A DNA stretch of 64,000 nucleotides from an uncultured Candidatus Rokubacteria bacterium (GTDB lineage Bacteria; Methylomirabilota; Methylomirabilia; Rokubacteriales; CSP1-6): positions 736,001 to 800,000 of the forward strand of contig CAVVEU010000024.1 of the NCBI GenBank assembly GCA_963747235.1, given 5' to 3'. Below the pieces are notes generated by a model. The model made no database searches and was not told where the DNA came from. It worked only from the letters and a program-made list of their open reading frames with translations. Made by a program: the position numbers and the translations under genes. This document shows, piece after piece, positions 30,935 to 39,652 of this stretch (the stretch's first letter is position 1; each line of letters starts with the position of its first letter).

Positions 30935-31488
30935 GGGTGCTCGCGGGCGCGCTCAAGGGCCAGCGGCTGACCACGCCGGGCGGCCGCACCACGCGGCCGA
31001 CCGCGGATCAGGTGCGCATCGCGTGCCTCGACACCCTGATGCCGTTCCTCGACGCGGGCCCCTTTCTCGATCTCTTCGCGGGCGCGGGCGGCGTCGGCAT
31101 CGAGGCGCTGTCCCGCGGGGCGCCGTCGGCGGTGTTCGTCGAGCAGGACGGCGCCGCGCTGCGCGCGCTGCGCGACAACATCGCGCGCCTGGGCCTGGCG
31201 GACCAGGCGCGCGTGATGCGGGCCGACGCCGCGCGCGCGGTCGGCGACCTGGAGGCGGAAGGTGAGCGCTTCGGCATCGTCTTCCTCGATCCGCCGTACG
31301 ATTCACCGCGCGCGGCCGCCGCGCTCGACGCGGTGGCGGCCGGGGGCGTGCTCGTCGCGGGCGCGGTGGTGGTGGTCCAGCACGGCACCAAGACGCCGCC
31401 GGCCGCCGCGACGGGCGCCCTCACGCTCTGGAAGGCGCGCCGGTTCGGGGAGACGACCTTGACTTTCTTTCGCCGACGCGTAGACTGA
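30931..31488 (+). CDS. rsmD: 16S rRNA m2G966 methyltransferase RsmD
   Basis: TRPTAD.VR, LDLFAGAG..GIEALSRGA, FLDPPY. Confidence 0.92.
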   Translation: MRVLAGALKGQRLTTPGGRTTRPTADQVRIACLDTLMPFLDAGPFLDLFAGAGGVGIEALSRGAPSAVFVEQDGAALRALRDNIARLGLADQARVMRADAARAVGDLEAEGERFGIVFLDPPYDSPRAAAALDAVAAGGVLVAGAVVVVQHGTKTPPAAATGALTLWKARRFGETTLTFFRRRVD

Positions 31489-31522
31489 GCAGCGTTTTCA
31501 GGCATTTCCAACGGGGGCGAGC

Positions 31523-32017
31523 GTGGGCAAGCGGGCGGTGTATCCGGGGATGTTCGATCCGATGCACAACGGGCATCTGGATCTCATCGAGCGCAGCCTG
31601 CGCATCTTCGACGAGCTGATCGTGGCGGTGGTGGCGAACCCCTCGAAGGAGCCGCTCTTCACGGTCAAGGAGCGCCTCGAGCTGATCGACGAGTGCACCG
31701 CCGGCATCGGGATGGGCCGGATGCGCATCACGTCGTTCGACGGCCTGCTGATCGACCTGGTGGAGCGGGAGGGCGCGGACTGCATCGTGCGCGGCCTCCG
31801 GGCCGTCTCCGACTTCGAGTACGAGTTCCAGATGGCGCTGATGAACCGCAAGCTCCGCCACACGGTGGAGACCGTGTTCATGATGCCGCACGAGCGCTAC
31901 ACCTACATCGCCTCGCGCCTCATCAAGGAGGTCGCCTCGCTCGGCGCGCCCGTCACCGGCCTGGTGCCGCCGCCGGTGGAGGAGCGCCTGACCCAGAAGT
32001 TTTCCAAGCCCAGATAG
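31523..32017 (+). CDS. coaD: Phosphopantetheine adenylyltransferase
   Basis: YPGMFDPMHNGH, RGLRAVSDFEYE. Confidence 0.95.
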   Translation: MGKRAVYPGMFDPMHNGHLDLIERSLRIFDELIVAVVANPSKEPLFTVKERLELIDECTAGIGMGRMRITSFDGLLIDLVEREGADCIVRGLRAVSDFEYEFQMALMNRKLRHTVETVFMMPHERYTYIASRLIKEVASLGAPVTGLVPPPVEERLTQKFSKPR

Positions 32018-32033
32018 TCAAAGGCAGGAGCCC

Positions 32034-33224
32034 ATGCTGGCAGACCGGATGAAGACGCTGGCCCCCTCGCCGACCCTCGCCATGCAGGCCAAGGCGAAGG
32101 CGATGCGCGCGCAGGGCATCGACGTGATCTCCTTCGGAGCGGGCGAGCCCGACTTCGACACGCCCGCCCGGATCAAGGCCGCCGCGATCCGCGCGATCGA
32201 GACGGGGCAGACCAAGTACACCGAGGTCGGGGGCATTCCCGAGCTACGCGCCGCGGTCTGTCAGAAGTTCAAGCGCGACAACGGCCTCGAGTACGCGCCG
32301 GACGAGGTGACGGTCTCCTGCGGCGCCAAGCACACGCTCTACAACATCGTGATGGCGCTGATCAACCCGGGCGACGAGGTGCTGATCCCGAGCCCCTACT
32401 GGGTCTCGTACCCGGAGCAGGTGCGCCTGCTGGGCGGAGTGCCGGTCCCGGTGATGACGCAGGAGGCGACCGGCTTCGATCTCGACCCCGCCGCGCTCCG
32501 CCGGGCGGTGACGCCGCGGACGAGGATGGTCGTGCTCGACAGCCCGGGCAACCCGACCGGCGCGGTGTTCTCCCCGGACGCGCTGGCCGCGGTGGCCAAG
32601 CTCGCGGTGGAGCGCGATCTGTGGATCGTCTCGGACGAGTGCTACGAGTCGCTCACCTATGAAGGCCGGCACGTGTCCATCGCCTCGCTGTCCTCCGAGG
32701 TGAAGGCGCGCACCATCGTGGTCAACACGTGCTCGAAGGCCTACGCGATGACCGGGTGGCGCATCGGGTACGCGGCCGGCCCCCGGCCCGTCATCAAGGC
32801 GATGACCGACGTGCAGAGCCAGGTCACGTCCAACCCCACCTCGGTCGCCCAGTGGGCCGCGGTGGAGGCGCTGAGCGGCCCGCAGGACGAGGTGGCCAAG
32901 ATGGCGGGCGAGTTCGATCGGCGCCGTCGCGTGATCATCGAGGCGCTCAACGCGATCCCGGGCGTGACCTGCGTGATGCCGAAGGGCGCGTTCTATGCGT
33001 TTCCCAACGTCTCCGGGCTCTTCGGCAAGCGCGCGAAGGCCGGCGTGCTCCGCGGCTCCGCGGACGTGTGCGCGTTCCTGCTGGACGAGGCGCGCATCGC
33101 GACGGTGGCGGGGGTGGACTTCGGCTCCGACGCCCACATCCGTCTCTCGTACGCGACGGGGCTCGACACCATCAAGGAAGGGCTGCGACGGATGGCCGCC
33201 GCCGTGCGCACGCTCGAGGGCTGA
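32034..33224 (+). CDS. PLP-dependent aspartate aminotransferase (class I)
   Basis: GEPDFDTP, NPTG, SDECY, SKAYAMTGWRIGY. Confidence 0.92.
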   Translation: MLADRMKTLAPSPTLAMQAKAKAMRAQGIDVISFGAGEPDFDTPARIKAAAIRAIETGQTKYTEVGGIPELRAAVCQKFKRDNGLEYAPDEVTVSCGAKHTLYNIVMALINPGDEVLIPSPYWVSYPEQVRLLGGVPVPVMTQEATGFDLDPAALRRAVTPRTRMVVLDSPGNPTGAVFSPDALAAVAKLAVERDLWIVSDECYESLTYEGRHVSIASLSSEVKARTIVVNTCSKAYAMTGWRIGYAAGPRPVIKAMTDVQSQVTSNPTSVAQWAAVEALSGPQDEVAKMAGEFDRRRRVIIEALNAIPGVTCVMPKGAFYAFPNVSGLFGKRAKAGVLRGSADVCAFLLDEARIATVAGVDFGSDAHIRLSYATGLDTIKEGLRRMAAAVRTLEG

Positions 33225-33225
33225 C

Positions 33226-33672
33226 ATGAAGATCGAAGGCTCCGCCGACATTCCGGCCCCGCGCGAGAAGGTGTGGGCCGCCTTCCTCGATCCCAATATC
33301 CTGGCGCAGGCCCTGCCCGGCTGCGAGAAGCTCGAGGCGATCGGGCCGAACGAGTACAAGGCCACCATGAAGATCGGGGTCGCCGCCATCAAGGGCACCT
33401 TCGAGGGCAAGGTGAAGCTGAGCGACCTCGAGCCACCCAACCGCTACCGCATGGCGGTCGAGGGCAGCGGCGGGCCGGGCTTCGTCCGCGGCGCCGCGGG
33501 CATGCAGATGTCCGACGTGGACGGCGGCACCAAGGTGAGCTACGACGCCGACGTGCAGGTGGGCGGCCTCATCGCGAGTGTCGGGCAGCGGATGCTGGGC
33601 GGGGTCACCAAGATGATGCTCGATCAGTTCTTCACCAAGATGACCGAGCTGCTCACGTCGAAGCCGGCCTAG
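33226..33672 (+). CDS. CoxG/SRPBCC family protein
   Basis: APREKVWAAFLDP.IL...LPGC, QVGGLIASVGQR. Confidence 0.85.
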   Translation: MKIEGSADIPAPREKVWAAFLDPNILAQALPGCEKLEAIGPNEYKATMKIGVAAIKGTFEGKVKLSDLEPPNRYRMAVEGSGGPGFVRGAAGMQMSDVDGGTKVSYDADVQVGGLIASVGQRMLGGVTKMMLDQFFTKMTELLTSKPA

Positions 33673-34303
33673 CTGCTGTTCACGCTGCCCCCGCTCCTGC
33701 TGGCCGGCCTGCTCTCCATCGCGGCCGCCTCCTCGCCCCAGCCCGTGGCGGGCGACTGCGCGGGACCCGGCGGGGAGCAGCCCTCCCGCTGCCTCTACCG
33801 CTCCGCGTTCCCCAGCACCGGCCTCGTCGCCACCTGCCGCACCGACCACGACTGCAACGTCGGCTACTACTACGGCGACCCCGAGAAACCGGTCTGGCTC
33901 GACCCACCCCCGAACCAGCGGACCTTGCCGAAACCCGAAGTCATCTGGCGCGCCGCCACCTTCGCCGAGATCCGCTTCCCCTGCGGCCCCACCTGCCACA
34001 TCAGCTACTTCTTCGAAGCCAAGCGCCGCCGCCTCTCCCCCCCAAGAGATCAAACTCTGGACGTGGACCTCCGCCGCCTCCTCGTAGCCCAGGAAGACGG
34101 CAAGTCCATCGCAGTCCGCCAGATATTTTCAGGCCGAGAAGTCGCCCGCATCACCCGCGACTGGACCCCAAGCCCATCTCTCGCCAGGCATTCTCACCGA
34201 GATCCACTTCGACCCAGACGGCCGCCTCACATTCACCTGGCTAAGAAAAAACGATCGAACGCCGGTGACGGAGCGCGTGTCCATCCCCAGCATCCCACGG
34301 TAG
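33673..34303 (+). CDS. Hypothetical Cys-containing exported protein (indel near 34187; start uncertain)
   Basis: Hydrophobic N-terminus, CGPTCHISYFF; shifted frame continues GILTEIHFDPDGRLTFTW...SIPR* to TAG 34301-34303. Confidence 0.55.
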
Positions 34304-34476
34304 GCGCGCGGCGGCGCGGGCGGGGGGGCGGCACGTGGGCCGGGTGACCCGTCCCCCGCCAACGGAAGCCCGGAACCGCACGATCCCAGATTGGGAACTC
34401 TCCAGGGCACAAGACGAGTAAGCGTGTCGTGGTCAGAGGCCCACGTGCCGCCCCCCCGCCCGCGCCGCCTCGCGCC
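34303..34476 (-). repeat. Long-stem structured element, copy 3
   Basis: 39-bp inverted arms (1 mismatch) 34303-34341 / 34438-34476; core highly similar to copy 2. Confidence 0.92.
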
Positions 34477-34498
34477 GGGCCAGGACGCCAGTACGACG

Positions 34499-35713
34499 CT
34501 ACGCGGAGTGGGACGCCGCGACGGTGACCGGCGCGGCGCGGAGAGGCAAAGTGAAGGGCAGCGTGAGGAAGACGACGGAGCCCACGACGGAGAGGGTGAG
34601 CCGGACGCCGCCCCAGTCGCTGAGCAGCCCGTACATGAAGGGCGACAGCGCCGACGCCCCGATGCCGAGCGTGTAGAAGATCGCGTAGCTCCGCGCCCGC
34701 CGCTCGCTCGACACCAGATCCGCCACGCTGCCGTAGAGCACCGACGACGTACCGTTGAGCGCCACACCCAGAACGGGCAGCGCGACGAGACAGGCGCCCA
34801 GCGGCAGCGTCAGCAGGAAGAGAATGCCCGCGCCGGTGATGACCTCCGTGACCACCACGGTGCGGATCACGCCGACCCGATCCGCGAGGGCCCCGCACGC
34901 GAACTTCCCCACCGCGCCGCCGATGAACACCAGCATGAGCGCGAGCCCCACCGACTGCACCGTCGCGCCCTTGCCGATCAGCAGGAAGGGCAGGAAGGTG
35001 AGGAACCCGGTGCGCGTGGAGTTGTCGATGATGTGGATCGCGGACATCGCGGTGAAGGCGCGCACGTCGCGGATGCCCGAGCCGCTGCCACGCTCCGGTG
35101 CCGCGCCGGTCGGCGCCGGTGCCGGGCGGAGCCCCGCGCCGAGACGGCCGAGCAGCACGAGGATCACCGCGGCCGCCAGGAGCCCGACGACGCCGTAGAC
35201 GCCCACCGCGCCCCGCCAGCCGAGCCAGGGCAGGGCGAGCGCCACCGCGGCGGGCACCGCGACCTTGCCGAGATCGCCGGAGAAGTTGTAGGTGCCCAGG
35301 GCCGTCCGGCGCGGTCCGGACTCGTAGGCGCGGGCCACCAGCGAGGACGAGAGCGGGTGCTGGCAGCCCGAGCCGAGGCCGGCCACCACGAGGCAGGCGA
35401 GCAGGGCGACGAAGCTGCCGGTCAGGCCGGCCACCACGAAGCCGAGGGCGGTGACCGCGGTGCCCGCCACCAGCAGCCGCGCTTCGCCGCGGCGCTCCGC
35501 GAGAATGCCCGCGGGCACCTGGAAGGAGGCCATGCCGCCGGTGTAGAGCGTCTTGAGCAGCCCGACCTGCGCGAAGCTCAGGCCGAACTCGGTCGCCCAC
35601 ACCGGCAGGAGCACGTACAGGATGTCGGAGAAGCCGTCGTGGATGAAGTGCGCCCCGCAGGCGACGGCGAGGACGGCGCGGGCGCGGCGAGTCATCGCCC
35701 GCGATTGTTTCAT
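34499..35713 (-). CDS. MFS transporter
   Basis: About 12 TM segments; QVPAGILAERRG, GALADRVG MFS motifs. Confidence 0.88.
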   Translation of the reverse strand: MKQSRAMTRRARAVLAVACGAHFIHDGFSDILYVLLPVWATEFGLSFAQVGLLKTLYTGGMASFQVPAGILAERRGEARLLVAGTAVTALGFVVAGLTGSFVALLACLVVAGLGSGCQHPLSSSLVARAYESGPRRTALGTYNFSGDLGKVAVPAAVALALPWLGWRGAVGVYGVVGLLAAAVILVLLGRLGAGLRPAPAPTGAAPERGSGSGIRDVRAFTAMSAIHIIDNSTRTGFLTFLPFLLIGKGATVQSVGLALMLVFIGGAVGKFACGALADRVGVIRTVVVTEVITGAGILFLLTLPLGACLVALPVLGVALNGTSSVLYGSVADLVSSERRARSYAIFYTLGIGASALSPFMYGLLSDWGGVRLTLSVVGSVVFLTLPFTLPLRAAPVTVAASHSA

Positions 35714-35751
35714 ATCCGTGACGCCGCGGGCAAATGCGGAGCCGCGGCGGG

Positions 35752-36225
35752 TCAGCGCGGGTGGCGGACCAGCATCCGGAACATCATGACGTGCGTGACC
35801 ACGAGCGCCGGCACGATGAAGGTGGGGATGAAGTAGGCCGCCCCGAGCTGCACGTCGCGGGTGAGCCCCTGGTAGAACGCGTTGACCAGGTCCAGCAGGC
35901 CCACCACGTTGAAGAGCCACGTGAGGGGCAGCGCGATGGTGGAGCGCGCGCGAAGCGCCACGAGGGCGGCAAGGGCGAGCAGGCCGGCCAGGAGATCTCC
36001 GTAGGCGGCCGGGACCGCGAACGCGGCCGGGAGCGCGGGGCCGACCACCGTCGGCACGAGAAAGACCATTCCGAGGTAGCGCGCGGCGTGGAGCACGAGC
36101 AGCGGTTGCAGCGCGGCACGCAGCTGCAGCGAAGCCAGCCGGGGGGTCACGTACCACTTCGCCACCAGGCCGTAGACGACGAAGCTCAGCAGGACCTGGA
36201 GTCCGAAGATCTGCTGGGTCTTCAT
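35752..36225 (-). CDS. Hypothetical membrane protein
   Basis: MKTQQIFG..., 4 TM segments, AYGDLLAG, FIPTFIVP. Confidence 0.7.
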   Translation of the reverse strand: MKTQQIFGLQVLLSFVVYGLVAKWYVTPRLASLQLRAALQPLLVLHAARYLGMVFLVPTVVGPALPAAFAVPAAYGDLLAGLLALAALVALRARSTIALPLTWLFNVVGLLDLVNAFYQGLTRDVQLGAAYFIPTFIVPALVVTHVMMFRMLVRHPR

Positions 36226-36299
36226 GGTCCTCACGGTGCGGGCGGCGACCACGGCCGGCAGCACCTGCAGGTGGCGGCAACAGTCTCATCGAGCCGAGG

Positions 36300-36482
36300 T
36301 CAGGCCGCCAGAGCTCGTCCCGACTTCGCGCGCCGCGGCGGTCGCGCCGAGGAGCCGCCGTGACGCCGCCGCACGGCGTGGTAGCGCCAGGGCGTGGCGT
36401 AGTGGATGGCGCCGTACACGTGGTGAATGCTCGTCAGCGCCAGGACGGCGCAGGCCGCGACGAGGGCGCGCGTACGGGTCAC
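36300..36482 (-). pseudogene. Truncated membrane-protein fragment
   Basis: Coupled to the MATE stop; LTSIHHVYGAIHYATPWRYH, then degenerates. Confidence 0.4.
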
Positions 36483-37885
36483 GATCGCCCCGGCGCGCGG
36501 GCGCGCCAGGCGCCCAGCCGGACCGCCGCGACGTTGATGACGCCGAACACCACGAGCGCCGCCGCCATGGCCGCGAAGATCCCGGAGAGGCCGCCCCCGA
36601 GCCAGCGCGTGGCGAGCCAGCCGCCCACCGCCGCGATCAGGAGCCGGGTGAATCCGGCGAGGAGCGGCCAGAGCAGGCGGCCCGCGCCCTGCGAGGCGAA
36701 GTAGAGCGCGAGCCCCGCGCCGAAGAAGCCGTAGAACGGGCCCACGATCGTGAGGTAGCGCGTGCCCGCGGCCAGCACGCCCGGGTCGGTGGTGAAGAGC
36801 CCGAGCCAGGCGAGCGGGAACAGCGCGGCCAGGATCCCGATCACGCCGGTGATACCCGCCGCCATCGCGGAGCCGACCCAGGCGACGCGCACCGCGCGCG
36901 CGCGATCGCCCGCGCCGATGCTGGTGCCGACCATGGTGACGAGCCCGGACCCTAGCCCGAAGACGATCGGGATCTGGAGATACTCGAGCCGCGCGCCCAG
37001 GCCGTACCCGGCCAGCGCCGTCACGCCGAAGGGCCCGACCAGCGCGGTCAGGACCACGACGGTGAGATTCGTCAGGATCGTGTTGAGCGACCCGGGGGCG
37101 CCGACGCGCAGGATCTCCCAGAAGAGGCGACGCCGGAGACCCTGGCCGCGCAGCGCGGGCCGCACCAGGCTCCGGCCCGAATAGAGAAACCCGAGCAGCA
37201 CCAGGCTGCCGAGGCCGAAGGAGAACACGCTCGCGACGGCGGCGCCCGCGATGCCCAGGCGAGGCAGCGGGCCCCAGCCGAGGATCAGGGCGGGGGAGAG
37301 CCCCAGGTAGACGATGCCGGTCGCGACCATGACCGAGGCGGGGACCGCCATGTTGCCGCTGCCGCGGATCGCGCTGCTGAGCGTGTTGAAGAGCCAGTAG
37401 GCGACCGCGCCCCCGAAGAGCACGCGGGAGTAGGTCACCGCGGCGGTGAGGACCTCGTCCGTTCCGCCCATCGCGTGGAAGAGCGCGGGTCCGGCCAGCT
37501 CGAGGATGAGCGTGAACGCCCCGCCCATGACCAACGCGATGACGATCGCGTGGATCACGAGTGCGTCGGCGTCGGCGCGCCGGCCCCCGCCGAGGGCGCG
37601 CGCCACCGCGGAGGCCACGCCGCCGCCCATCCCGCCCGCGGACATCGTCTGCATCAGCATGACCAGCGGGAACACGATCGAGACGCCGGCCAGCGCCGCC
37701 GACCCGAGCCAGCCGACGAAGACCGCGTCGAGCGTGCTCACCGCCGCCTGCAGCACCATCACGAGCACGTTGGGCGCGGCGAGCACGAGCAGGGTCCGCG
37801 CCACCGGGCCCTCGAGGAGCAGGCGGGTGCGCGGCGACAGCGGGGCGGCGGCGACCGGGGCCACCGCGGCGACGGCGTGGCTCAC
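36479..37885 (-). CDS. MATE family efflux transporter
   Basis: LLEGPVARTLLVLAAPN, ALAGVSIVFP, ALAGYGLGARLE. Confidence 0.88.
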   Translation of the reverse strand: MSHAVAAVAPVAAAPLSPRTRLLLEGPVARTLLVLAAPNVLVMVLQAAVSTLDAVFVGWLGSAALAGVSIVFPLVMLMQTMSAGGMGGGVASAVARALGGGRRADADALVIHAIVIALVMGGAFTLILELAGPALFHAMGGTDEVLTAAVTYSRVLFGGAVAYWLFNTLSSAIRGSGNMAVPASVMVATGIVYLGLSPALILGWGPLPRLGIAGAAVASVFSFGLGSLVLLGFLYSGRSLVRPALRGQGLRRRLFWEILRVGAPGSLNTILTNLTVVVLTALVGPFGVTALAGYGLGARLEYLQIPIVFGLGSGLVTMVGTSIGAGDRARAVRVAWVGSAMAAGITGVIGILAALFPLAWLGLFTTDPGVLAAGTRYLTIVGPFYGFFGAGLALYFASQGAGRLLWPLLAGFTRLLIAAVGGWLATRWLGGGLSGIFAAMAAALVVFGVINVAAVRLGAWRARAPGRS

Positions 37886-38324
37886 TAGCGCCCCTCGGCC
37901 TGCTCGCCCCGGAGCGTCATGCAGGTGCTGGAGGCGCGCGCGACGAGGCGGTCCTTCTCGTCCACCACGTCGCACTCGAGCAGCCCGACCGTGCGCCCGC
38001 CCTTGACCAGGCGGCCGGTGGCGATCAGCCGCCCCGTCCGCACCGGCTTGAGGAAGTTGATCTTGAGCTCGAGCGTGGTGAAGGTCTCGCCCTCGTCGAG
38101 GCCGGCCGCGTAGGCCATGCCCATGGCCGCGTCCGCGATGTCGCACAGCACCCCGCCGTGCAGCGTGCCCATCGGGTTGGCGTGGCGGGGACCCGCGTCG
38201 AGCGTGACCACCGCCCGGCCGGGCTCGCACCTCGGTGAGCGTGAAGCCGATCAGGTCGGCGATCGGGGGCGGGGCCGCTTCCCCGCGCTGCACCATCCGG
38301 ATGAGAGTCGAGCGCCTTGGTCAT
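37885..38324 (-). CDS. PaaI family thioesterase (frameshifted near the 5' end)
   Basis: HANPMGTLHGGVLCDIADAAMG, TTLELKINFLKP. Confidence 0.85.
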
Positions 38325-38349
38325 AGTGACTAGTAAAATACTAGTCACT
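38325..38349. promoter_or_regulatory. Perfect palindromic operator (probable HxlR site)
   Basis: AGTGACTAGTA-AAA-TACTAGTCACT abutting the paaI start, in a divergent promoter. Confidence 0.75.
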
Positions 38350-38384
38350 TGCTTTCGTGTCAAGACCCCTGCTATCCTGACCCC

Positions 38385-38843
38385 ATGGCGAAGGAATACA
38401 ACCAGTCCTGCCCGGTGGCGAAGACGCTCGAGGTCATCGGCGATCGCTGGACGCTCCTGGTGGTGCGCGACCTGCTGCGCGGCACCCAGCGCTTCCAGGA
38501 TCTGCTCGGCAGCCTGCCCGGCATCGCCCCCAACATCCTGTCCGCGCGCCTCAAGCTGATGGAGGAGCACGGGCTGATCCGCCGCACGCTCTACTCGGAT
38601 CACCCGCCGCGGGCCGAGTACGCGCTCACCGACCGCGGCCGGGAGCTCGGGATGGTGGTGGGCGCGCTCGCCGCGTGGGGCGGCCGCCACGTGCACCGCG
38701 AGACCCAGCTCGTGCACTCCGGGTGCGGGCACCCGGTGTCGGTCGGCTACTACTGCCCGGACTGCAAGGAAGGCGTCCGCGGCGCGGACGTCGCGGTCAC
38801 GCGGGTTCGAGCGCGTCGAGGAAGTCCAGCACCGCGCGGTTGA
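38385..38843 (+). CDS. HxlR family transcriptional regulator
   Basis: CPVAKTLEVIGDRWTLLVVRDL, PPRAEYALT. Confidence 0.9.
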   Translation: MAKEYNQSCPVAKTLEVIGDRWTLLVVRDLLRGTQRFQDLLGSLPGIAPNILSARLKLMEEHGLIRRTLYSDHPPRAEYALTDRGRELGMVVGALAAWGGRHVHRETQLVHSGCGHPVSVGYYCPDCKEGVRGADVAVTRVRARRGSPAPRG

Positions 38844-39612
38844 AGTCCTCCGGCTGATCCCGGTTGGCGAAGTGGCCCGCCGGGGAGAGCAGCACGAAGC
38901 GGGACGGCTTGATCTTCTTCTCCATCACCCGCATCGGCTCGAGCGAGGGATCCTCGTCGCCGCAGATCAGCAGGGTGGGCACGCTGATCTCGGCCAGCCG
39001 CTCGGTGATGTAGTCCATCTGCAGCAGCGCGCGCAGGGCGTTCGCGTAGCCGATCGGGGTCAGCTTGCGGTAGTACTCGAAGATCTCCTGGCGCGCCCCC
39101 GGGTCCAGCTTGAGCCGGCCCGCCACGTTCGGATTCGACGCGATGGCGAACTCGGCCATGGCGTCCATCCCGCCCTTGAGCGTCACCTCGATCGACTTGG
39201 CGCGCATCACCACGTTCTCCACCGAGAGCGGCAGGCCCGCCGCGGACGACGAGTCCACCACGACCAGGGCCCGCACCCGCTCGGGGTGCGCCAGCGTGAA
39301 GCGGGTCGCGATGCCCCCGCCGAGGGAGAGGCCGCCCACCACCGCGTGGACCAGGCCCAGGTGGCCCATCAGGTCGCGCAGATCGAGCACCCAGTGGTCG
39401 AAGGTGACCTTGGTGGGATCGGCCGGGCTCTCCGAGCGGGCGTGGCCCCGCGGCTCCCAGAGGATCAGCCGGTGCCGCTCGGAGAGGGCATGGATGTTCG
39501 GCTGCCACATCCCCGCGTTGCCGCCGATGCCGTAGGCCAGGAGGAGTGGGTCGCCGGTGCCGTGCGACTCGTAGTAGATCCGGACGCCGTCGCTGGTGGT
39601 GAAGTGCGCCAT
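38797..39612 (-). CDS. Alpha/beta hydrolase (enol-lactonase-like)
   Basis: EPRGHARS, GLSLGG nucleophile elbow, GH near the C-terminus. Confidence 0.85.
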   Translation of the reverse strand: MAHFTTSDGVRIYYESHGTGDPLLLAYGIGGNAGMWQPNIHALSERHRLILWEPRGHARSESPADPTKVTFDHWVLDLRDLMGHLGLVHAVVGGLSLGGGIATRFTLAHPERVRALVVVDSSSAAGLPLSVENVVMRAKSIEVTLKGGMDAMAEFAIASNPNVAGRLKLDPGARQEIFEYYRKLTPIGYANALRALLQMDYITERLAEISVPTLLICGDEDPSLEPMRVMEKKIKPSRFVLLSPAGHFANRDQPEDFNRAVLDFLDALEPA

Positions 39613-39652
39613 GGGCTCCTCCTTCCGGGAGGTTGTGATACAAGAGGGTCCT

